A stretch of 64,000 nt of DNA from an uncultured Clostridium sp. (GTDB lineage: Bacteria > Bacillota > Clostridia > TANB77 > CAG-508). The position numbers were made by a program, and so were the translations under genes. Each line of letters opens with the position of its first letter. Positions within the stretch are counted from its first letter, which is position 1. Positions 40,188 through 50,959 of this stretch are shown one piece after another. The stretch spans positions 550 to 64,549 of the forward strand of contig CAMXJY010000011.1 of assembly GCA_947244325.1 (NCBI GenBank). The letters run 5' to 3'. Below the pieces are notes generated by a model, which ran no database searches, was not told the DNA's origin, and worked only from the letters and a program-made list of their open reading frames with translations.

Positions 40188-43100
40188 TTACACTATACCT
40201 CCTTTCATACATACCTGTAATAGATTTATCTATTAATTTCATTTTTAATAATTTACTTGTATCAAATTTCTTACCACTTTGTCTACCTGCTCTATCAGAA
40301 AGCTCAATCACTTTTAGATTGCCTTGACCAGTTTTCATTAAATCTATCAATCCCTTAATTAAACTTTTTTTATTAGCATCATTCAAGTTCATAAATTCTA
40401 CTTTTTTCTCTAATAATTTTAAATATATACTTTCAAATACTCTGTATTCTGTTCCCAATTTATTCACTAAATAATCATACATATTTTCATAATTATCTTT
40501 TAACTCTGAAAGCTCATTATCATCTAATTTGCTTTCTTCGCAATTCATTAAATATATTAATCTACTCATTTTTTCATTAACAACAAGTTCTTTATCTGAT
40601 CTAATTTCTGAATCACTACAAAATCTCATATATTGTCCATTTTCATCTATAAACTGCTGATTTTTCAAAATTTTACTTCTTAATATTTCAATATTAGAAT
40701 TTTCAACATTATTTAATATGTTTTTTTCGATATATTCTTTTAAAGTATATTTTTTATTTTTTATATCACAAGAAACTTTTATAGGAATTCCTACTAATTT
40801 ATATTCTAACTTTTTTCTATTATTAAGGTAACTAATTATTACCATATATGCAATATTTTGTCCTGAATAACCACCATATTTATTCACATCTAATCCTTGT
40901 TTAAGTGGAATTACAGGATTATCTTTTGGACTATATAAAGTTTGATTATAAAATTCTCCTGTATCCTCTTCAAGCATTCTTGTTACAAAACAATCTTTAT
41001 AATTCATTGTATTTTTTACTTTTGCAATATCAATATTATTATTAATTAATCCTAGTGTCATTCCATATTTTTCTTTATGTGAAAGAGTTGAATTTTTATA
41101 AGATTTTATGTATTTTCCAAATTCAAACTCATCAGTATATTTTAAATTATTATTAACTATATTTCCTATAACACTAATTATATATGCATCTTGTGCATGG
41201 TGATAATTATTTACATTTCTATTTTTATATAACTTATATTTTTGCCTAAATCCATGTGTAAGTTCTGATCTTAAAGTTAAAATTTTAGAATTACTATACA
41301 TACTATTTAATATATTAGTAACATATTTTGTTATCTGTCTAGTTTCTACTAATTGTCTTTGAACAAATCTTTTTTCATCATCTTCTGTTTCAAACATTTT
41401 ATTTCTTATTAATCTGTAGTATTTAGTTTGAGAAATTAAATTACAATCTAATAAACTTTTCCACCATTCTCTTTGTCCATTTATAATTTCATTTGATAAT
41501 AATAAACTATCCTTTTTTCTTTGATTTTCCATTTTTATAACTAATGCTTTATTATCTATACTATCATCTTTTACATAAGACTGTGGTAATATGTGGTCAA
41601 CTTCATAAATTGATAGATTATTTATATCTAATGGCTTTCCACTATACAAACATTTACCATTTTGCATAAAATATAAATATAATTTCTCGGCTAATACCTT
41701 ATCACTTTGACGATTTTTTAATTCTAAAAATACATGATGATCATAATTTTTTAAATCATTAATTTGTTTTTCAATTTCATCATATTTTTTAATCAATTGC
41801 TTAGCTCTATTATCTTTCATAATTTTATTTTCTTCTGCTCTTGCAAATTCAATAAAAATATTTTCTGGATCGCATTTATTTACTTTAACAATCTCTTCAA
41901 CAATTTTTATTGCTTGCCAAATAGCTCTTTTATTAGCTGGTGAAGTTGGAATTTCAGAAATATCTTTATATGTTATCTTATTATCGTTTTTGGGTAACAT
42001 ATTTTCTATTTTCTCTTTAAATCCATAATTTTTATTATTAATAATTTGCATTAAATTCATTGAATTTTTTTCTAGTAATTCCATTATACTTTCATTTTTA
42101 TTAGACTTTAATGTAACTAATAATTTTCTAGACAATCTTGACCAACCTGTATAATTCAATTTTAATATTTTATTTAATTGCTCATTGGTAATATCTCTAT
42201 ATTCTTTTTGAATTTTTCGTTTTAAAATTTTCTTTTCTTCAAATATCGTAATCCAATAAATAATTTTTTCTATCATTTCTTGATTACTTTCATTAACTTC
42301 TTCAAAAATCTTTTTAAAATCAATATATGACGACATTGATGAATTAAAATTATTATTGTCCGAAAGTCCTGTAATATTTTCATAAGGCAATCCCTCTGAT
42401 TTTAAATAATCAGCAAGCATTTTCTTTGTAACTTTTTTTCTTTCATAAAATAAATTTTCTATTATCATTTTTTTTGTTCTTCTATCAAAATGCTTATCTT
42501 CTACTCTTATATTATTCAATTCATTTAGAACACAATATTTGCTGTACAATAGAGAATTTTTAGGTATTACATCTTCATTAATTAAATATGTACATTTATT
42601 AGTCATCCTTTTAATAAATTCTTCTGCAGTTGCATCTTCATCAATAACCTCTTCAAAATTCCATGGTCGAATATTTTCATTGCTTTTTCTAACAATCCAT
42701 GACCATTTTCCATTTTCTTTTGATAAAGGACCTATATAATATGGAATTCTAAAAGAAAATAATTTTATTATATTTTCCTTGTTTTCGTTTATAGATTTAT
42801 AATACTTAGATTGATTATTCAATATAAATTCTAATTCTTTTTGATGTAATTGATGTGGTATTGCTCCATTATCTGTTACATTAATTTTCACTAAAAAATT
42901 ATTTTCCTCTAAATCTAGTTTTATACGCTCTTTTTCTATCTCATTATCTGGTAAAAGATTTATTTTGTTTTTTAACATTTTATAAAATTCTTCTGGTTTA
43001 CATTTCTTACACTTTTTACCATTAAATGCTACATAATTATCTTTTCCTTCTTCTCTAAACATATCATTATACTGTAAAGGAAAATATTTTTTATAAATCT

Positions 43101-44073
43101 TTTTTAATAATTTTAAATCATCAGAATATTTATTATACTTTTCAATCATTGCATCTGATATGTATTGTTTCCCATTTAAAATATCTTGTAAAACATACCA
43201 ACTATATATAGTTTTTAAACTTTGATATATTTCAAAATTTTCTCCTAATATAGTAATAATTTCCTCTTCATTATCAATTTCTTTTGAAAATGTTTTCTTA
43301 CTATTTTCAAGCTCTATTTCAAAAATTTTATTTAAGTCAAATGTATAACCGATAAAAGCCTTTACTACATTTTGAATAGCAGACTTATTATCTTTATCAA
43401 ATTTAAATTTTTGAATAATTTGTTCTTGTTTATCAGCCTTTGAAATATTTTTATTTTTCAATATATTTAATATTTCTTTAACATCACATTGAAATACTAT
43501 TTCAAAATTATTCTCTAAAAAATTAATTAAATTCTCAAATTCAATTATAACCTCATCTGTATTATCCGCAAAATTTCCTTCATGTAAAAAATTTCCTCTA
43601 TATTTAATAATATGGTGAATTGCTAAATACACTAATCTAATGTCAACTTTTTCTTTACATTCTATTAAATATTTTCTTAAATGATAAATTGTTGGAAAAT
43701 CATGAAAATACTGTATATCTGTCATTTTCTTATCAGAAAAAATATTATATTTTTTTCCAAAAATTTTCTCAGATATTTTTTTATCTTCTAAATCAAGTGC
43801 TGTTTCTCTAAGTATTGGAAAAAAATTAGGATGTTCTTTTTCCATATCTTCATTAATTAAACTTTGTAATATATTTATTCTTTCTTTTCTTCTATCTAGT
43901 CTTCTTCTTGTTCCTCTTTTTAGTCTAGTATCTTTTGCTGTTGATGCTTCTTTAAAAATCCTTGATCCCCACATATTTTTTCTTGATTTTTTTAATAAAT
44001 TATAATTTTCATCTGTAACACACCAACCAATTGATGCAACACCAATATCTAATCCAATATTATATTTATTCAC
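40159..44073 (-). CDS. cas9: Cas9 (type II-A, 1304 aa)
   Basis: RuvC-I GLDIG, bridge helix, FRIPYYIGPL, IEFAR, HNH VDHILPQS..DN, RuvC-III HHAQDAY; GTG start with RBS. Confidence 0.98.
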   Translation of the reverse strand: MNKYNIGLDIGVASIGWCVTDENYNLLKKSRKNMWGSRIFKEASTAKDTRLKRGTRRRLDRRKERINILQSLINEDMEKEHPNFFPILRETALDLEDKKISEKIFGKKYNIFSDKKMTDIQYFHDFPTIYHLRKYLIECKEKVDIRLVYLAIHHIIKYRGNFLHEGNFADNTDEVIIEFENLINFLENNFEIVFQCDVKEILNILKNKNISKADKQEQIIQKFKFDKDNKSAIQNVVKAFIGYTFDLNKIFEIELENSKKTFSKEIDNEEEIITILGENFEIYQSLKTIYSWYVLQDILNGKQYISDAMIEKYNKYSDDLKLLKKIYKKYFPLQYNDMFREEGKDNYVAFNGKKCKKCKPEEFYKMLKNKINLLPDNEIEKERIKLDLEENNFLVKINVTDNGAIPHQLHQKELEFILNNQSKYYKSINENKENIIKLFSFRIPYYIGPLSKENGKWSWIVRKSNENIRPWNFEEVIDEDATAEEFIKRMTNKCTYLINEDVIPKNSLLYSKYCVLNELNNIRVEDKHFDRRTKKMIIENLFYERKKVTKKMLADYLKSEGLPYENITGLSDNNNFNSSMSSYIDFKKIFEEVNESNQEMIEKIIYWITIFEEKKILKRKIQKEYRDITNEQLNKILKLNYTGWSRLSRKLLVTLKSNKNESIMELLEKNSMNLMQIINNKNYGFKEKIENMLPKNDNKITYKDISEIPTSPANKRAIWQAIKIVEEIVKVNKCDPENIFIEFARAEENKIMKDNRAKQLIKKYDEIEKQINDLKNYDHHVFLELKNRQSDKVLAEKLYLYFMQNGKCLYSGKPLDINNLSIYEVDHILPQSYVKDDSIDNKALVIKMENQRKKDSLLLSNEIINGQREWWKSLLDCNLISQTKYYRLIRNKMFETEDDEKRFVQRQLVETRQITKYVTNILNSMYSNSKILTLRSELTHGFRQKYKLYKNRNVNNYHHAQDAYIISVIGNIVNNNLKYTDEFEFGKYIKSYKNSTLSHKEKYGMTLGLINNNIDIAKVKNTMNYKDCFVTRMLEEDTGEFYNQTLYSPKDNPVIPLKQGLDVNKYGGYSGQNIAYMVIISYLNNRKKLEYKLVGIPIKVSCDIKNKKYTLKEYIEKNILNNVENSNIEILRSKILKNQQFIDENGQYMRFCSDSEIRSDKELVVNEKMSRLIYLMNCEESKLDDNELSELKDNYENMYDYLVNKLGTEYRVFESIYLKLLEKKVEFMNLNDANKKSLIKGLIDLMKTGQGNLKVIELSDRAGRQSGKKFDTSKLLKMKLIDKSITGMYERRYSVIGLENNSNK

Positions 44074-44108
44074 TTGACTATTTTCCTTTCATATGATATA
44101 TTTTAAAT

Positions 44109-44228
44109 GCTATTTAATTACTATCTAAAATAGCATATCGAGTTAAAATAAGGTTTTAACCTTTAATGCCAATTTTTAATTGGTTTCACTTAGGTGAATA
44201 TTAGTTCTAGGTATACTAGAACTTTTTT
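44109..44228 (+). ncRNA. tracrRNA
   Basis: Anti-repeat TACTATCTAAAATAGCATATC-GAG-TTAAAAT, nexus AAGGTTTTAACCTT, two hairpins, terminator AGTTCTAG..CTAGAACT-Tn; promoter TTGACT-17-TATATT at 44074-44102. Confidence 0.93.
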
Positions 44229-44389
44229 ATTGTATCTTTTTAGATACAATAAAAATATATCACATAAATTACTAAGTATCAATTATTTTTTATCTATATA
44301 TAACTATTAATAAATTTTTATTATAAATATATCAATTTTATATTTTAAACCCAAAAAACTAACCTATCACATAATGATAGGTTAGTTTT

Positions 44390-44842
44390 TTATTCTTTAA
44401 CTGAAAACTTTTTTCTTATTTTAATAAGCAATCTTTTAAACCAATTATGCTCTTTCATTAGAACTAACTGATTTTTTCTTTTCTCTTCTAGTTTTTCCTC
44501 AATTATTTTATCGCTCAATATATTTTTGGGATATATTTTCTTTTTTTCTTCTTCGATTGCTGTGATTTTATTTATTTCATATACTTTTATTTTAGCTTTT
44601 TGTTCATCTGTAGCCCAATATCGCTTAAAAAATATTGACAATATTAACTTGGCTTCAGCAGAAACATTTTGCTCAAGAAAATCTTTTTCTTTATTATATT
44701 TAAAATCTGAATCTTTATCTTTATTAGCTTCTAATGCACATATTAGTTCTCTTGGAATTTTGAAATAATCCTCTATTTTCATATAATTCAATATTTCCAA
44801 TACTTGTGCATATGCAGTATTCTTCTTTTGTATAGTAATCAC
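44390..44842 (-). CDS. Hypothetical protein
   Basis: 150-aa ORF followed by a terminator at 44355-44389. Confidence 0.7.
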   Translation of the reverse strand: MITIQKKNTAYAQVLEILNYMKIEDYFKIPRELICALEANKDKDSDFKYNKEKDFLEQNVSAEAKLILSIFFKRYWATDEQKAKIKVYEINKITAIEEEKKKIYPKNILSDKIIEEKLEEKRKNQLVLMKEHNWFKRLLIKIRKKFSVKE

Positions 44843-44845
44843 CCC

Positions 44846-45658
44846 TTATTGATTATCTTTTTTTATTCTTACTTTTTCAGTTTCTTTTTGAACACTTTGT
44901 TCTTGTTCTAATTCTATTGCTCTTGCATCTCTATCTAGTATTGCTTCCATTGCTAAAACTGCTTCAACATCTTTTAATAAATCCATTGTATTTTTTCCAA
45001 CAGATTGCCCTGTTAAATTATTTTCTTTATTTGATAAATAATTTTCACAAAATTCTCTTACAGGAACACTTTCCATTGTATAATTTCCATATTTGAAAGA
45101 ATTTATTTCTTTTTCATGCTTTTTATAATAATCATTAACATTTTCTTGTATTTTTGAGGTTACTTTTGATACATTTTCTGGTTCTACGTCTTTTCCAGAA
45201 TAATTAATTGTTTCTACTGGAACTTTTCCCATCATATATTTTATAATATCATATCTTGAATAAGAAACTTCTTTTGTATCATTATTTTTTAATAAGCAAA
45301 CTTGTAATTCTTGTGGTAATATAGTTTGAGATGTGCATCCATCCATAAAGTTCTTTTCATTTTCTACATTTGTTCCATCAAAAATGAAATAAACTCCTTC
45401 TCCTCCTAAATATTCTTCCATAGAACTGCTTTTTTGTATTGCTTCTATTCTATCTTTTGGAGCTTTTCCTACATTACCTGATTTTACTTGGTCATACTGT
45501 TTTTGTAAGTCAGTATACAAAGCTACTGCTCCTGTCATTCCTTCTGAAAAACTTACTTTTTCATTAACTTTATTATTATCTCCATTTTGTGGTGTAAGTC
45601 CTAAATGACTAATAGAACGTACATTACTTAGTGGAGCCATATGATAATACTTTTTCAT
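44846..45658 (-). CDS. Hypothetical protein
   Basis: 270-aa ORF with AAGGA RBS. Confidence 0.75.
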   Translation of the reverse strand: MKKYYHMAPLSNVRSISHLGLTPQNGDNNKVNEKVSFSEGMTGAVALYTDLQKQYDQVKSGNVGKAPKDRIEAIQKSSSMEEYLGGEGVYFIFDGTNVENEKNFMDGCTSQTILPQELQVCLLKNNDTKEVSYSRYDIIKYMMGKVPVETINYSGKDVEPENVSKVTSKIQENVNDYYKKHEKEINSFKYGNYTMESVPVREFCENYLSNKENNLTGQSVGKNTMDLLKDVEAVLAMEAILDRDARAIELEQEQSVQKETEKVRIKKDNQ

Positions 45659-45802
45659 TTTCTTTTGTTCCTTTTAATTTTATATATAAAGATTTTATTA
45701 TTTAATTGAAAAAAAGTAAATAGTTTTTTGAAATAAAACTGTAAAAACCAAAAAATCCTGGACCATGTCCAGGTTTCTTGGTGACTGTCAGCCAAATAAA
45801 CA

Positions 45803-46399
45803 TCATCCAGCAAATTTCACCAGATAATATTCTTCTTTTTCAAGCATTTGTCCGATGACGCTCTTAGCAGTCTGCATATACTTCTCTGCGTCTTCGGGAT
45901 AGTACACCAATAATACTTTAAACGGAATCATATTCCTATGTGTAAGTGGACCATTTTCAGGATTCTCGTTTATTGTCTCACTATACACATATCCTGCTCT
46001 CAGTTTGTTTAGTACCCATTTGGTATGAATTGATTCAGCAATTGATGATATTAAATTTTCTTCCTGTTCCCAATCAACTTGTATCCCACCAATCGCATAT
46101 CCACAGTGCATAAATACTTCCAGCACTGCCTTTGCGTTATCAATCTTGGATTGTTTATAGTTATCAGGCAAATCATTAAAATCTACCAACAAATTGCTGG
46201 TTTGGTTTTCATCATCTTCCTGCTCTCCATAAACATATCCCCGCTTGAACATATTTTTGCACCACGCTTCGTGTTGTCTTCTTGCATGGCTTTTGGCAAT
46301 TACATGAATATAAGTATCATAATCAAACTTATTTTCAACTTCGCCATTCAAAAGCATTTGCAAGTAGTCTTTAGACACAGCTTCTAATAATTTTGACAT
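45803..46399 (-). CDS. Tandem RyR-repeat domain protein, atypical codon usage
   Basis: Two HxxW..GYVY[GS]..(L/I)(D/P)F units; GGAGG RBS; terminator CCTGGAC..GTCCAGG. Confidence 0.75.
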   Translation of the reverse strand: MSKLLEAVSKDYLQMLLNGEVENKFDYDTYIHVIAKSHARRQHEAWCKNMFKRGYVYGEQEDDENQTSNLLVDFNDLPDNYKQSKIDNAKAVLEVFMHCGYAIGGIQVDWEQEENLISSIAESIHTKWVLNKLRAGYVYSETINENPENGPLTHRNMIPFKVLLVYYPEDAEKYMQTAKSVIGQMLEKEEYYLVKFAG

Positions 46400-46542
46400 A
46401 TTCTGTCCTCCTCCATTGCTTTTTATTTTTAATACTTATGTCGTAGTTTAAGCAAGTCTGCTTAGTGTTGCATGTGCAAATTTGCAAAAAACGTACATAC
46501 TTTATTATATCATATTTTAATATTTTAGTAAAGTTATAAAAG

Positions 46543-46860
46543 CTAGATTATCTCTTTTTTCATCCAATCAAATATTTCTTTATTTCCATCTAAAATGTCA
46601 TACATCGTAATTGCTGGAACATCATATTTATGTACTGATTTTATCTCTTTTTCTACTTCTTTAAATAATGATTTTTTTGTTCCCATTGTTAAAAAATATT
46701 CATATTCTCTTACTATTTCACCTTTCCAATAGTATGAGCTGAATCTTTTACTTTCTTGAACATAACTTACTAATCTTTTTGCTAATAATCTTTCTGTAAT
46801 TTCTTTTGCATTTTCTTCATCATTGCATGATGTAGTAACTATTGCATAATTATTTTCCAT
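46543..46860 (-). CDS. cutA: Divalent-cation tolerance protein CutA
   Basis: SYYWKG..E, HKYDVP. Confidence 0.88.
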   Translation of the reverse strand: MENNYAIVTTSCNDEENAKEITERLLAKRLVSYVQESKRFSSYYWKGEIVREYEYFLTMGTKKSLFKEVEKEIKSVHKYDVPAITMYDILDGNKEIFDWMKKEII

Positions 46861-46874
46861 ATTCTTCCTCTTTC

Positions 46875-47912
46875 CTAAAAATCAAAATCTAACCATCCAT
46901 ATTTTGATGAATTATAATTTGATACTTTTTCTATTATTTCTTTTGCTTTTACTGATATTTCATTTATTCTTTTGCCACACACTAATGGCACTATATATCT
47001 TCTTTTTATATTTAAACTAACACAATATTTATTTTTTGGTTTAGTTTCTCCTTCTCCTATTTTATCTGCATTTCTAAACTTTTTAAAAGCATCTGAAATT
47101 TCTTTGTATTCACAATTTTCTATTTTCTTAACTATCTCTTCTTCTGATAATAAATATAAGTCTTTTTTCTCAATTAGACCATAAGTGTTCATCTTTTTTA
47201 TGACATCTGCAATAAATTGTGATTTTAATTTATCTTTATTACTTTGAAAAGAATACCAAAGTAGGCTTGCTCCTTCTACAAATTTCTCTCCTATTTCTAG
47301 ACTTTTAAATCCTAATTCATCTATATTATCTTCATTTTTCATTATACAAATATCGTTATAGATTTCTTTAATTTCATCTAAATTCCAACCATCTATAAAT
47401 GTTAAAATATCTGAAAAAGTATATTCTAGTCTATCTGCTGCAAGTTTTGGAGTACTATTATCAGCTATTGGATATATTCCATACTTATCTATTTCTTCTA
47501 ATTTTATATTATCTCTTTTTAATAATTCCATTATTTCTTTAGAATTCTTTATTATTTCACTTGTATTAATTTGTGTTGATTCTTGCATTAAATAATCTCC
47601 GTTTAGATAATCAATACAATGCCTAAAAGCAGGACTTGCTATATCATGAAACAATCCTGCTAATGTTTGTTTTTTATCTTTTGTGAAATTCCAGATAATT
47701 AGAGCCACTCCTACACTGTGTGATAAACTTGAATAAAAAAATTTAACATTAAATAATTTTGTATAATCATTTCCAACTAGTGCACTTATCTTATCTAACC
47801 TTTGCATTTCTGGAGTTTTTATATAATCAATTAAAAATCCTGGTATTTCTTCTGATAAAATTTTAAAATATTCTTTTATTTTGGGATTTAAGCTATCTAA
47901 ATATTCTTCCAT
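46875..47912 (-). CDS. HD-domain phosphohydrolase (paralog 1)
   Basis: HSVGVA, GLFHDI, ADRLEY. Confidence 0.85.
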   Translation of the reverse strand: MEEYLDSLNPKIKEYFKILSEEIPGFLIDYIKTPEMQRLDKISALVGNDYTKLFNVKFFYSSLSHSVGVALIIWNFTKDKKQTLAGLFHDIASPAFRHCIDYLNGDYLMQESTQINTSEIIKNSKEIMELLKRDNIKLEEIDKYGIYPIADNSTPKLAADRLEYTFSDILTFIDGWNLDEIKEIYNDICIMKNEDNIDELGFKSLEIGEKFVEGASLLWYSFQSNKDKLKSQFIADVIKKMNTYGLIEKKDLYLLSEEEIVKKIENCEYKEISDAFKKFRNADKIGEGETKPKNKYCVSLNIKRRYIVPLVCGKRINEISVKAKEIIEKVSNYNSSKYGWLDFDF

Positions 47913-48791
47913 TTAATTTTCCTCATTATTTACTAATCCATATACCATTGAAATATCTGTTGGAACTATATATTTTGCTCCAATTTCTTCTGCTACATTT
48001 AATGCAAATGCACTCATTGCTCTTGTTGCATACCACCAGTTTGGATCTTCTACTCTACTTCTTATCTCATCTAAAGATATTTCTTCATAATATCTCTTTG
48101 TATCTTTTTTTCTTGATTCTATATCCATCATTATTGGCTCTAGCTCATCATCAAATAAAGTATTTTTTTCATAAGTAATCCCTGATTCTAATGCAAAAAG
48201 CTTATGTCCTCCCCCTGCTAAAATTAATATATCAGCTTTTTCTTTTGGCAAATTAAGCTTTTCTTTAACTTCTTCTCTTATTTTTTCTAGTTTAGTAGTT
48301 GCTAAGTCTTCACCTAAATCTGGATATTTATTCATTATATCTATAACTCCAAATGGCGTATTTACCATTTCTTTTACTCCATTATCATATATTGCTATTT
48401 CTGTTGAGCCACCGCCACCAATAAATACAGCAACTTTTTGATTTACTTTTCTAACAGCTCCATATACTGTTAATTCATTTTCTTTTTCTGGTGAAATAAT
48501 ATCAAAATTTATATTAGTTTCATTATAAAATAAATCTAAAAATTCTTTTCTTTGGTCATCTGTTAAATTTCTAAACACACTTGTTCCACATATGTATACA
48601 TTATTGTATTTTTCTTTATATTCTTTTACTAGATTTATTAGTTCTTTTACATCATTTGAATCTAATTTATTTTCTTTTTTAAAATTTCTTTTAAATTCAA
48701 TAGTTTTTGTTTCTAAATGTTTTACTTCTTTTCCATCATATAAATCTACTTTTGTACAAGTTGACCCTACTTCTAATATAACTTTTTCCAT
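47913..48791 (-). CDS. Ppx/GppA-like ASKHA phosphatase, short form
   Basis: EVGST, GTSVFR, IISPEKE, IGGGGSTE; likely start 48791. Confidence 0.7.
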   Translation of the reverse strand: MEKVILEVGSTCTKVDLYDGKEVKHLETKTIEFKRNFKKENKLDSNDVKELINLVKEYKEKYNNVYICGTSVFRNLTDDQRKEFLDLFYNETNINFDIISPEKENELTVYGAVRKVNQKVAVFIGGGGSTEIAIYDNGVKEMVNTPFGVIDIMNKYPDLGEDLATTKLEKIREEVKEKLNLPKEKADILILAGGGHKLFALESGITYEKNTLFDDELEPIMMDIESRKKDTKRYYEEISLDEIRSRVEDPNWWYATRAMSAFALNVAEEIGAKYIVPTDISMVYGLVNNEEN

Positions 48792-48878
48792 AATATTTGC
48801 GCCCTTTCTATATAAATTTAATAATTTCTCATTGTACGTAATATACACAATTTATAAATTATTGCATTTTCTTAAATT

Positions 48879-49919
48879 TTAAACATTAAAATCCAAATAA
48901 GCATATTTAGGTGTTTCATAGCTTAAATAATCTTCTATAATCTCTTTTGCTTTTTGTGATGCTTTATCTATTCTTACTCCATCTGATACCAAAGGAATTA
49001 TATATCTTCTTTTAGTTTTTACACTAATACAAAATTTATCTTTTGCAGGCTCATCACTTTCATAAATTCTTGTTGCATTTCTAAAATTTTTAAATGAATT
49101 TGCTATATTATCTACTTCACAATTTTCTATTTTTTCTATCATTTCTTTTTCAGATAATGTATATAAGTCTTTTAATGTAACTAATCCCTTATCACTCATT
49201 TTCTTCATTATAGTTGCATAAAATTTTAATGTTAATTTATCTTGATTTGATATCCAATTCATCCACATTTTCTTAGCACCATCAACAAATTCTTCTGCTA
49301 TTTCTAGTGTTTTAAATCCAAGTTCTTCTATATTATCTTCATTTTTTAAAATTGTTATATCTTTATAAAATCTTTCTATTTGTTTTAAATTCCATATATT
49401 ACGTGAACATATACTGTGTGTTAATGTATATTCAAGTCTATCTGCTGAAAGCTTTGGAGTGTCATTATCTGCTATTGGATATTTATGATAATCTGCAACT
49501 TCTTCTATTAATATATTATCTCTTTTTAGTAATTTCATTATTTCTTCTGATTCTGTTATCATTTTTGTTGTTAACTCTTCTGTTGATTCTTGTTTTTCAT
49601 AATCACCATTCATAAAATCTACGCAATGCTTAAATACTGGTGTTGATATATCATGAAATAAACCTGCTAAAGTTTGCTTTTTATCTTTTGTAAAATTCCA
49701 AATTATTAAAGCTACTCCTATGCTATGTCTAAGATTAGAATAAAAAAAATTCTTTGTGTATAATTTAGTATAATCTGTACCACATCCACATCCTACACCA
49801 TCAATTCTTTTCATAGCATCAGTATCTACATAATCATATATAAACTGTGGTATTTCTTTTGATAAAATATTAAAATATTCTTTTGTTAATGGGTCTAATT
49901 TTTCAAAATATTCAATCAT
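48879..49919 (-). CDS. HD-domain phosphohydrolase (paralog 2)
   Basis: HSIGVA, GLFHDI, ADRLEY; clearly homologous to 46875-47912. Confidence 0.85.
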   Translation of the reverse strand: MIEYFEKLDPLTKEYFNILSKEIPQFIYDYVDTDAMKRIDGVGCGCGTDYTKLYTKNFFYSNLRHSIGVALIIWNFTKDKKQTLAGLFHDISTPVFKHCVDFMNGDYEKQESTEELTTKMITESEEIMKLLKRDNILIEEVADYHKYPIADNDTPKLSADRLEYTLTHSICSRNIWNLKQIERFYKDITILKNEDNIEELGFKTLEIAEEFVDGAKKMWMNWISNQDKLTLKFYATIMKKMSDKGLVTLKDLYTLSEKEMIEKIENCEVDNIANSFKNFRNATRIYESDEPAKDKFCISVKTKRRYIIPLVSDGVRIDKASQKAKEIIEDYLSYETPKYAYLDFNV

Positions 49920-49986
49920 TTTATTTTTTCCTTATTTTCATTTCATATATAGTATTTATATTTTTATGATAGTATTTTAGTTTCTA

Positions 49987-50751
49987 CTAATTTGATTTTT
50001 CTTTTCTTTTTTGCATATGATAAGTACATTTTGCAAGTATTGGAGTTGGAACTATTTTAGAGAAAAACTTAGCACATTTTATTTGAAATCCTGGTACTAT
50101 ATAAAATTTATCTTTTAAAAATTTATTTACTGTATACTTTGCTACATATTCACTAGAAAGAGAGCTTATTTCAAATTTTACATTTGCTACATTATTAAAA
50201 TTAGTTCTAACTGGTCCTGGACATAAAATACTAACTTTAACATTTGATTTTTCTTTTTTTAATTCCTCTCTTATCGCTTCTGAAAGTCTAACTACATAAT
50301 TTTTTGATGCGTAATATGTTGCCATTAGTGGACCTGGCAGAAATCCTGCAATTGATGCAACATTTAAAATCTTTCCACTATTTTTTTCTTTCATATCTTT
50401 TAAATATAATTTTGTAAGTACATGCATAGCTGTTATATTAGTATCTATTATAGTAAAATCCTTTTCTAATTGTGTATTTGTAAAATTTCCAAAATCTCCT
50501 AATCCTGCATTATTTACTAAAATATCTATATCTCTTGCTTTTTCGTGTAAATCTATACAATTTTCTCTACTTGATAAATCTACACTTAAATATTCTACTT
50601 TTACATGATATTCTTCCATTAATTCTTTTTTTAAGCTCTCAAGTTTTTCTATATTTCTTGCAACTAAAACTATTTCATAATTCTTCTTTGCAAACTCTCT
50701 TGCTAAATCTCTTCCAATTCCAGAAGACGCACCAGTAATTAAAACTCTCAT
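49987..50751 (-). CDS. Short-chain dehydrogenase/reductase
   Basis: TGASSGIG, NNAG, YYASK. Confidence 0.93.
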   Translation of the reverse strand: MRVLITGASSGIGRDLAREFAKKNYEIVLVARNIEKLESLKKELMEEYHVKVEYLSVDLSSRENCIDLHEKARDIDILVNNAGLGDFGNFTNTQLEKDFTIIDTNITAMHVLTKLYLKDMKEKNSGKILNVASIAGFLPGPLMATYYASKNYVVRLSEAIREELKKEKSNVKVSILCPGPVRTNFNNVANVKFEISSLSSEYVAKYTVNKFLKDKFYIVPGFQIKCAKFFSKIVPTPILAKCTYHMQKRKEKSN

Positions 50752-50959
50752 ATTATCTCCTTTTCAACTATAAAGTTATTATATTTCATTTTATAGTTTT
50801 GTCAAGGAAAAAAATTGTATTCATTTTCCTATATAAAATTCTTTCTAATACTTAATTAAAAAAACGGTGTGACAGACAGTTCCACCACACCGCAAAATAC
50901 TTTTACATTAGTTTCTAAAACATAAAATCTAAAACAAATTCGCCTATATCTTTTGCCTG

